From Zygnema circumcarinatum SAG 698-1b (lineage: Eukaryota > Plantae > Zygnematophyceae), in NCBI GenBank assembly GCA_037447605.1, contig CM074805.1, positions 1,707,361 to 1,771,360 on the forward strand: 64,000 nt of DNA, given 5' to 3'. Positions 11,236 through 30,634 of the stretch are shown piece after piece; position 1 is the first letter of the stretch; each line of letters opens with the position of its first letter. Made by a program: the position numbers and the translations under genes. The notes under the pieces are model-generated. The model did no database searches. It saw nothing but the letters and a program-made list of their open reading frames with translations, and was not told the DNA's origin.

Positions 11236-13402
11236 ATGGCTAGCGGGGGTGATGACGGGTATGAGGAGCTTCTTCGTGCAGTTGCAGATGGGCGCTCTGA
11301 AGACGTGAAGCGTTTGCTCAGGTATAGTGCCACGGCCGAGAGCTCTTCTTGTTTTCTCAAGTGATGCAGGGGATGCAGTTTTGCAAGTGTCTTTACAAAC
11401 CATACGATGCTATTTTTTTGCAGTAAGAGATGATCACTTGGCTGATGGAACTTAATTGTATTTTTACGTCAGGCCAACGAGAGGTTCACTTGTTGGTATT
11501 GCTCTGTAACTACATTTACTTTTTTGAGACATGAAATACGCCCATACTTCGCTACTGTGAGCCACCAGCTTGTGGTTTGAAGTATTTACATCATACGCCA
11601 CAGCAGCTGAACTTTGCATGATTTGATCCTGACATTTGGAGAGTTCTGCCTTGAGATTGTCAGTTGTAGACAGGAGTGAGGAGATGTGACCGCAAACAGC
11701 TTGAGGACTATGCTATCTCGCGTGCATCCGTTTGATGATACACTCTGCATCGTGCAGAGAGGGCAAGGATGCTGCATGGCAGGATGAAGAAGATGGGAAG
11801 AGTGTGCTTATGGTTGCTGCAAACGGAGGCCATGTAGAAGTTTGCCGTGATTTGCTCACAGCTGGGGCTCCATGGAATTCGGTCGACCGTCAAGGACGAT
11901 GTGCTGGTGACTATGCCATGGAGGCTGGCCATTCAGAAGTCATAGATTTGCTAATAGATGCAGGCAAGCACATCTCCACCCAAGGCTCAGAGTTGCGTTG
12001 ATCAGTGGATGGGGAGTCTCCTCTGTGAACACTGTACATCGTCGAAGCAGCATAAAAGTGGCTATCCCTTTTTACTGTTTGCGGTTTCTTCCCTGCGTTT
12101 TCTATATAGACAAGTATCTGTGCTGCTGAGGGCGGAAATGTCGCGTATTAGGGGTTTCCTTTCCCTCTTACTGCATCGAGAATCCCTTGGGCAGTGCTTT
12201 TATGGCCATATCTGGAATGCAGGGGTGCAGGCTGAGCTTGTTCTCGGTGCAGCTAGTAGGAGGCTGACGGGTGGCAGCGATTCCAGCAATGCGGGGTACT
12301 TACAGCAGCGAGTGGAGTACAGCGAGGGCCGCCTCACGGATGAGAGCAACAGCGCAGTCATGATGGAGTGGGAAAGGCCTCTCATGGAGGCTCACGCACA
12401 TGCCATCTGTCAGCAGGCAGGCGACCTTGTACCCTTTCGCTATTGTCTCAGTCAACATCACTGCTTCTCTACATAAAAGCTTTAGAACATGCGGCTAACC
12501 TTAGAATCCGGATAGGGAGATTCAGGGTGGTGATATATTGAACATCGGCTTCGGGATGGGATTGGTGGATGAGGCCATTCAAAGGCGGCATCCTGCAAGT
12601 CACACAATTGTCGAGGCTCATCCGGCTGTGCATGAAAGAATGTTAGCTGAAGGCTGGGGGAGCAAACCGGGTGTGCGGATCATATTTGGGCGATGGCAGG
12701 ATGTCCTGGACCGCCTTGAAAGCTACGATGGTACGTTGTGCGAAAATGAAAACCTTCCCGCCTTATGCTTGCAGCTTTTCAATTGTTGCGTGCAAAAAGA
12801 ATCTTGAATGGAAGAAACCTTTTAAGTTTGAGCCTAGATTTCGAGTACTTACCCAATTCCTCAGTCATAGCTCATTGATTATGCCGCTCTGTTAAAACCC
12901 TCAGTCGAGTGCAGTGACGACCACTCGAATGTCTTTAGCTTGGTCCTTGTCGTTTCTTCCTTTTCCTCTCCCACTCCCATCGTACCTCTACTGATTATTC
13001 ATTGCGTGTCTCATCCAACATGCACGTGTAGGAATTTTTTTTGATACATACGCTGAATTCTACGACGATCTCAGAGAGTTTCATGCCCAGTTACCCAAGC
13101 TCTTGAAGCCAAGCGGAGCGTATTCATTTTTCAACGGGATGTGTGGCGACAACGCCTTTTTCCATGTTGTGTATTGCCAGATAGCCGCCTTAGAACTTGC
13201 CCGCCTTGGGCTCTCAACGCAGTTCATTCCACTCCCTGTGAAGGAGAGTCTGACTGCAAAAGTGTGGGAGGGCTTGCAAGAACATCGATATTGGCAACTG
13301 GACACCTATTTCCTACCTGTCTGCGGACATGAAGAGGAGGAGCAGCAGGAGGAAGCTCTTGAGGCAAGCAAGGAAAGCATCGTGGAGAGAAGCAATGAGT
13401 GA
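11236..13402 (+). CDS. RMT2: Ankyrin-repeat plus RMT2-type protein arginine N-methyltransferase; exons 11236-11321, ~11758-11963, 12223-~12416, 12526-12730, 13032-13402
   Basis: Ankyrin GKSVLMVAANGGHVEVCRDLLTAGAPWN; methyltransferase AVMMEWERPLMEAHA, GDILNIGFGMGLVD, GIFFDTY, YSFFNGMCGDNAFFH. Intron 2 donor is GC (11964); the intron 3 donor is ambiguous. Confidence 0.88.
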
Positions 13403-14321
13403 AGATGACTACCAAACATTCTTTTTGAAAAAATATTTCAAGCAGATTCACATTTGATTGTGTAATGGTAGGCAATGGCCATGGCAATGGTTGATGAGTG
13501 CTTCATTGTTTCAAGGTGATAAACGCGAGAGTAAAACGCTTCAGAGGAAAATGAGGAGTCAAAGCTGGCTGCCATGGCTTCTGCCAGCAAACGTACCCCA
13601 CTAGTGGCGCATGCCAAAGTCTCCAACCTCTGACTTTGAACTTGTGTACAAATTTCAAGAGTTGGAAATGCAGCACATTACTCGAAACAAGCCGAGAGGA
13701 ACTCGGCCCTCTCCCTGCTCTCCTGTCGACTCTCCACTCTCTCCCTCCTCTCCCTCGTCTTCATTTGCCTTTTCTCCCCTCTACTCGCGGCCATCGATGC
13801 CATCCTCACCGCAAGCTCTGTCTACCGCAATGCTCTACTCCCTCGGCGGACATCAGTTCCTCATGGGGTTCTCGTGCACAAATGTGAACGACTTTTTCTC
13901 AAGGCCTCAACGCCTGCGCAGGTGTTGCCTCGACACAACATTTAATTGTTTGCACATACACAGTCAGCCCGCGCGCGAGGCTGATAGAAGTGCGAGCGCA
14001 TCTTTTTCTGCACCTGCACAGGCCCAGGTTGCGCATGAGATCAAAGTGGGGCCTCATCCGAAACACGAAGTGCCAGGAAGGAAGCTGATGGCTGACACCA
14101 AATCATCCCTCACAGACTTACATATGTGAGCGGTTTGTACATTGTTGCTGGATGTTGCGATCTATGCTCCAACGTGGCACCAGATTCCAATGCTTTACCA
14201 AAAATAAGACGGTTTTTGGGGCCTCTCTCTGCAGTAGAGACTCCTCACCAAAGGTCGGCCGCGGTGCCTAAAGCAGCTTCTGAGTTCACGCCAGTTTTAC
14301 ATGATATCGCCAACATAAACT

Positions 14322-24616
<10,295 letters not shown>

Positions 24617-24677
24617 CCTGCCTCCCCGCCCTCCTTCCTGCGGGCTGCTTCAGTGGGAGCCCGCGCTCATGCAGCGC

Positions 24678-24784
24678 AACCCTAACCCTAATCGGGACCC
24701 TAACCCTAATTCAACCCTAACCCTAATTCAACCCTAACCCTAATTCAACCCTAACCCTAATTCAACCCTAACACTCAACCCTAA
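24678..24784. repeat. Telomere-like array, 17-bp unit AACCCTAACCCTAATTC, ~60 nt upstream of the RPC1 ATG
   Basis: Three to four exact units plus degenerate flanking units; hexamer (TTAGGG) type. Confidence 0.9.
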
Positions 24785-24850
24785 GCGCGCTTGATGGTGT
24801 GTAGCGACTACCGAACAGAGCGCCGAACACCTGAAGTATTCGCAGCCATC

Positions 24851-25060
24851 TGGCGACCATGCCAATGTAAGCAACCAAGACAATGGTTGGCAGCCACGCC
24901 AATGGTAGGCAGGCATGACAATGGTTGGCAACCACGCCAACGGTTGGCGACCACGACAAAGGTTGGCAACCACGCCAATGGTTGGCAACCAAGCCAATGG
25001 TTGGCAGCCACCCCAATGGTTGAAAACCACGCCAATGGTTGGCAACCATGCCAATGGCCG
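24851..25060. repeat. 19-bp minisatellite, consensus CCAATGGTTGGCAACCACG, ~10 copies
   Basis: Units start at ~24880, 24899, 24918, 24937, 24956, 24975, 24994, 25013, 25032. Confidence 0.9.
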
Positions 25061-25289
25061 CCAGCGCAAGGCCTATCCATGCCGGGCCGTCCATTTTCAA
25101 CACACCACATTCCCCGAACTGCTGCGCATGGAACGCGCCGGCGCACTTGCAGGCGCCATTTCGACCGCGCAGAGCCGTTTTATGCAATCCAGTTCAGTGA
25201 CTTAAGTAACGTCCAGTTCAGTTCACTTCAACTAAGTGCAGGCCCGTTCAGTCCAGTTCCGTTTCGTTCCACGCGCAGTCGTATCCACA

Positions 25290-28200
25290 CCGCCGCCGGT
25301 CGCTGCGGGTCCTGCCCCCGCGAATCGCGGCGCGTTCCCCGACAAACGGGGGACTCTTCGGAGAAGATTCGATATCGTGTTCCGGAGTCGCAGGGTCAGC
25401 AACGTGGAGCCATCGCGACCGTTCATTCTACATCGCCGGCCCAGCGTCAATGCATTGACTTTCCAGTCCCTTCAAGTACCGCCAAAGGAACACCCTTTTT
25501 GGGAACTGCAACTCGTGGCCATCGGGACCCGGAAAACGACAGTTCGTCGAAAGGCACAAGACGATAAAATGACCGTCGTCTGGTTTGGCATTGTCCAAAA
25601 AGACAAATCATACGGCGTCAGCTATCTAGCACTTCAACGGAAATGTCCGTGACGTGCCGCATACGACAAACTTCACCACTGTCGTTCTTATCGTATGTGG
25701 AAAGAAAGGACAAACGGCACCGCAGCGCGACCAGACGAAAGGGACCGATGCCGATAAAGAGGCGCCCTCACAGCGACACGTGGCAAAGCGGATCCTGCCA
25801 CGCCCGATCCCCGCCAACGACAAAAACGGCCGCCGCCGCCGCGAGCTGAGAGGGGGAGTGACGACTTCGATAAAGGGAGCACGGCGGGAGAGAGAGAGAG
25901 GCGCGGAGAGGGAGAAAGAGAGGAGCGACGAGAGCGAGGAGAGGAAGGGGGGGAGGAAGGCAGACAGAAGAGAGGGAGGAGGGACGGAAGTGGGAGGAGA
26001 GAGGGAGGGAGACCGGGGAGAGAGAGAGGAGAGTGGGAGGAGACACGCAGGGAGACCGGAGAAAGAGGGAGGAGAGTGGGAGGAGAGAGGCAGGGAGACC
26101 GGAGAGAGAGGGCGGGGAGTGGGAGACAGGCACGAGTAGGAGAGGAGCGATGGGTCTCGGTGTGGTTTGTCGCCTTCTGGCGGTTGCAGTTCTGCATGCG
26201 GCCGCTGCGAGTGCAGCGCGAGAGCCAAAGCAAGAGGCAAAAGTCCCCGCGGTGTTCGTTTTGGGGGACAGCACGACGGACGCGGGCAACAACAACTACA
26301 TCCCCGACCCCATCTACCACGCCAACAACCCGCCCAACGGCCAGGACTTCATCCCAAGCAGCGGCCGCTTCGCGAATGGAAAGCTCATCGTCGACTACCT
26401 TTGTGAGTGCTCATGCGTGTCACGTCACACCTTCTAAATCACCTTGTAAGCCAGAGAGGAGCAAAAAACAGTAGGCTCGGCTGCAAGCCTACGAATCGCC
26501 AAATCTACGAATGTGGCTCTAGAGCCGTCCGCCTAGCTTCAATAACACGCCTGTTTCGTGTGCAATGTTGTCAACAGGCGACATGTTGAAGTTGCCGTAC
26601 GCCCCCCCATACCTTCAGCCCGGGGCCGATTTCAGGTATGGAGTGAACTTCGCTTCGGCAGGCTCAGGCGTTCTGAATGCCACCCATGCCGGCAGGACCA
26701 TCTCCTTCGGTATGCAGCAGGACAATTTTGACAAGTTATTTAAGGACCCATCGGCGTACAACCTCACTCACGAGGTAATCCTGAGCTGAGAATGAAAGAT
26801 TCACAATTCTGATCTGTTTGGGGCCGACTTTACTGAGCAGCAAATGTTGTGAGGGCCGTCGAGTGGAGAGATTAGGAATGCTGGCAGGTGTGGGAGTGCT
26901 CGAGAATCCATTACTCACTTGTCACTTCAAGCGGTTGCGCATCTGTGCAGACACTTCAAGACGCGCTGTACTACATCTCAATTACCGCCAATGATTACAT
27001 CGTGTACATAACGTCACCAGATCTTCAAACCACTATTTCATTCAACGACTACAAAATGAAAGTCGTGAAAGGCGTCATCAGTGGCATTAAGGTACGGCTC
27101 CGACGACATATATTCAGGCCCATGCGTGCACTCAACTATGCTTAGCTCTCTCATACCAACGGTCCTTACATGTTCAGTTCAAAAGTCGTAGTTGTCACAA
27201 GGCTTCATTCCTCCAAGGTCGATTCGAAATAGAAACGAAAGATTTACCCACGTGGTATTTTCCATGAGGAAATTTTCCACTCTCCCACAAAATCTCTCTT
27301 TGTTTTTGAACTGCTCTGGCCCAATTCACGCACAATGGCGAGTTCACCGTCAGAACTCCGAATTCATGTATCGAAAAAATCCGGAAAAATGACCAGCTCT
27401 AATCATTCTAAGCATTCTTACCTGGGAATGGACGACTATACGAGTGCAGAATCTGTACTCGAAAGGAGCAAGGAAGATTATCGTTGAAGGAATTCCCGCC
27501 CTCGGGTGTGCGCCCGCCATTTCGCTCGCGTTCAATGCGCAGCCAAAAGGCAAGTGCGTGAAGCAAGTGCAGGACATCATGGCGGCCCACAATGCTGCTC
27601 TGAGGCCCGCCCTGAAGGCGCTTGCTAAAGCTCTTCCCGCCCTCAAGCTCACCTTCTCCGTCGCCTTCTACGAGATCCAGCTCGAAGCCGCCTTGACGCC
27701 GCTTCGATACGGTGAGTCCCGCCAGCCTCGCCGGTCCTTGCACGCCCTTGCAGTCAGCCATGCAGTGAGGCAGTCAGTCAGTCTGACGGTGGGCGGGCGG
27801 GCGAGGGAGGGTTCAGGGTTCGAGGACGGGCGGACGGCGTGCTGCGGCGTGGGGCCGTTCGGCGGCGTCGTGATGTGCGGGCAGTACGCGCTGTACGGCG
27901 GCGCGAACGTGACGACGACGACGTGCGCGGCCCCGGACAAGTTCGCGTTCTGGGACTACTTCCACCCGTCCTCGGCGGCCTATCAGGTCATGGCGCGCGC
28001 CATGTGGACCGGCGAGCGGGGCCGCATCGCGCCGTACACTGTGCGGGCCCTCGCCATGGCGTGAGGCGTGGCATGGGAGCTTGCCGGGGAAGATTTTGCT
28101 TATTATTAGCTCACCATTTTAAAATTATGGGAATCAAGGAGCGTGTTGTCTAGGGATTGGATACATGTACGACAACTCGCTGAATTAGAGCGAACTAGGA

Positions 28201-28537
28201 TGGACATTATTTACAAAGTTTTGAGTCGTATTGATGAGTTCAAAACTGACTTCGTTGTAATTTTTGAAATACATCTTAAAATACTCGGGTTCCATATCAG
28301 TCAAGATGTTGATTTCGTCCTCAATCTAACCAACGTGAATAATGAGCGAATAGTTGTTCAAGTTCATCGAGGTGCGCCAAATCGTATTGATGGCGGTGTC
28401 CTGAATCATAAATAGAATAAAAGCGACGTGAAGGATAATGTGAAAAGTGGCAAATGACCAAAAGTAACCTAAATGCTATTAGCCGAACAACATGGATCAA
28501 GAACCCTTACCGTAATTCCCTCCCCAACCCTAATTCA
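25290..28537 (+). repeat. Left arm of a large inverted duplication (GDSL locus with promoter and 3' flank)
   Basis: Matches the reverse complement of ~30635-34000 from CGCCGGTCGCTGCGGGTCCTGC to CAAGAACCCTTACCGTAATTCCCTCCCCAACCCTAATTCA. Confidence 0.9.
26150..28064 (+). CDS. GDSL esterase/lipase with signal peptide; exons 26150-26402, 26578-26774, 26951-27091, 27450-27711, 27817-28064
   Basis: Signal peptide MGLGVVCRLLAVAVLHAAAASA; block I VFVLGDSTTDAGN; GRFANGKLIVDY; GVNFASAGSG; ANDY; block V FWDYFHPS; five-exon structure typical of plant GDSL genes. Confidence 0.92.
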
Positions 28538-29070
28538 TACCCAAACCCCAATTCAAACCCTAACTCTACTTCAAGCCTCAACCGCAGTTCAGACCCTCAC
28601 CCTAATTCAAACCCTAACCGTAATTTGAACATAAACCGGAATCTTTGCCTGAACCCTAATTCACGCCTCCACTTTTAATCAAACCCTACCTCTATTCCGA
28701 ACCATAACCCAAATTCGAACCCCAATCCAAATTCGAACCTCTACCCCAAATTCACGCCTCACCTTAATTCAAACCCTAACTGTACTCCGAGCCATAACCC
28801 TAATTCGGACCCTAGCCCTAGTTCAAACCCTAACTGTTACCCAAACCATACACTCAATTCGGACCTTAACCCTAATTAACCCCAAACCCTAATTGAAACC
28901 CCAACCGTAATTCCCACCCTAACCCTAAGTCAAATCATAACCGTACTCCGAAGCATAACTCTAATTCAAACCCTAACATTAATTCGAACCCTAACCTGAA
29001 CTCAAATCCTAAAGAAAGTTGAAACCCTAAAACCGAATTCGAACACTGACCCTAATTCACTCAACCCTCC
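28520..29070. repeat. Degenerate interstitial telomere-like array (AACCCT/AATTCA hexamer periodicity)
   Basis: Repeated CCCTAATTCAAACCCTAAC words; translates to PN-rich pseudo-ORF. Confidence 0.85.
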
Positions 29071-29323
29071 ATCCTCCAGCGGACCTGCAACCCTAACTGC
29101 CAAGTGGCAGCCCCGGATTGGCTGCCCCTTCGGCTCAGCCAACCGGTGGCATACCGCGCTACCCGCCATACAATAAGCATACTGTACTATTACCCGTACA
29201 TTCGTACAGTTCGACCAAATCTCACAAACATCCTGTGTACGGATATCCGTACACCAACACAATCGTACACTTCGACCAAATCCCACAATGTTGGCTGTAC
29301 GGCGATCCGTACACCAACAGCTA

Positions 29324-29895
29324 CAGTAGGACCCCATCATATTTTCCACCTGGTTTTAGCAAATATATCCGGCGAAAATATTGTTTTTGGCAAATATCAG
29401 GTCTGTGTTACCAAAGAGGCGAGCGGAATTATGTTAGAGTTCATGAATGCCCGTACGTATCGTATCGTATCGTTTTATGACATATCGTACCGCATCGTAC
29501 CGTATCGTATCGTGGCAACTGACACTATGGTGGCCTCTTGCGGCGGCAAGGGCGGGAAAATTCGGAGAGTTTAAAATTCGAGCCTATAACGGCTCTAAAG
29601 CTCGTACGGCTAGTAAGGATAGTACCGTATCGGGGCGTTTCGTATCGTATCGTATCATATCGAAGCCAAGAACAAGGGGAGAAGAGTGAGCGCCTCTTAC
29701 GGCGGCACGGGCGGGGAGATTAGGTGAGTTTTGCGTAAGCCCGTGACGGCTAGTACAGCTAGTACGGATAGTACGGATAAAACGGATAGTACGGCTAACA
29801 CAAAGTTACCGTACAAAAAAGTGGTTTCGGCAAAATTGGTGCGAATTTCTTGAGGACGCACTTTTGGAGATGGAAAATATGATGGGGTCCTACTG
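29324..29895. mobile_element. 572-bp non-autonomous Tc1/mariner (pogo-like) MITE
   Basis: Perfect 25-bp TIRs CAGTAGGACCCCATCATATTTTCCA / TGGAAAATATGATGGGGTCCTACTG flanked by TA at 29322-29323 and 29896-29897; no transposase ORF. Confidence 0.9.
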
Positions 29896-30634
29896 TACCG
29901 GACCTGTTCGCTCCCCTTGTCTTTGTCCAAGTCCCTCGCGCTTACGCCTGTCCCGTTCTCTATCCTTTCCACTCTCATTTTTTCACCTCTATCCATAATC
30001 TCTCTTTCCCTATGATTACATCTTGCTTTTGCTCTCTCGCTCACCTTTAATTTTTCTTTCCCTTTCTCCTAACTCTCTTTGTCCCTCTCTCTCCCACCCT
30101 CCCTTTTAATTAAGCGATACTTGCCACTGGAGGAGGGGGGGCAATAGGGCACGGGGAAAAGAAGCTTTTGAATCTCTTGAAGTCACTTCGCAAGGTGTCA
30201 ACCTCATTCGATGTTCTCAGTACATTCCATTACTTCAGGTATCTTTTTCCTCCCCTAGATCCTGTCGCCACCACCATTGATTCTTTTTTTATGTTTCTCT
30301 TTCTCAGTTCGATAGTGCTGCCTTTCTTTCTCCCATCACCTCTCTCGCATTCTCCACGATTTTTCCCTCCCTCTCACTCTCCCCCTCCCTATCCCTCCCT
30401 CTCCCTGCTCTCCTGCTCCCTCTCCCTCTCCCACACCATCTCCCTCTTCACTCTCGCTTGCCCACTCCCTCTCTTCCTCCCTTTCTCCCCCTCCGAGTGC
30501 CCGGCCTGCTGACGTACGCAAAACGTCAGAAAGACCTTTATTAACGTTGACAACGGATCCTTAATGCGAAGGAAGGGGGATGTAATATTGATCTCGCGAT
30601 GGCGATGCCTGAAAGAATAAATGCCAATGTTATT

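Noticed and set aside
24740-25567. ORFs of 96-258 aa over the 19-bp minisatellite
   Set aside because: Repeat-derived, with no domain content.
25626-26474. Several overlapping 130-210-aa ORFs upstream of the GDSL start (and their mirrors at 32873-33678)
   Set aside because: Products of GC-rich and GA/CT-rich leader sequence; only the frame from ATG 26150 carries GDSL motifs.
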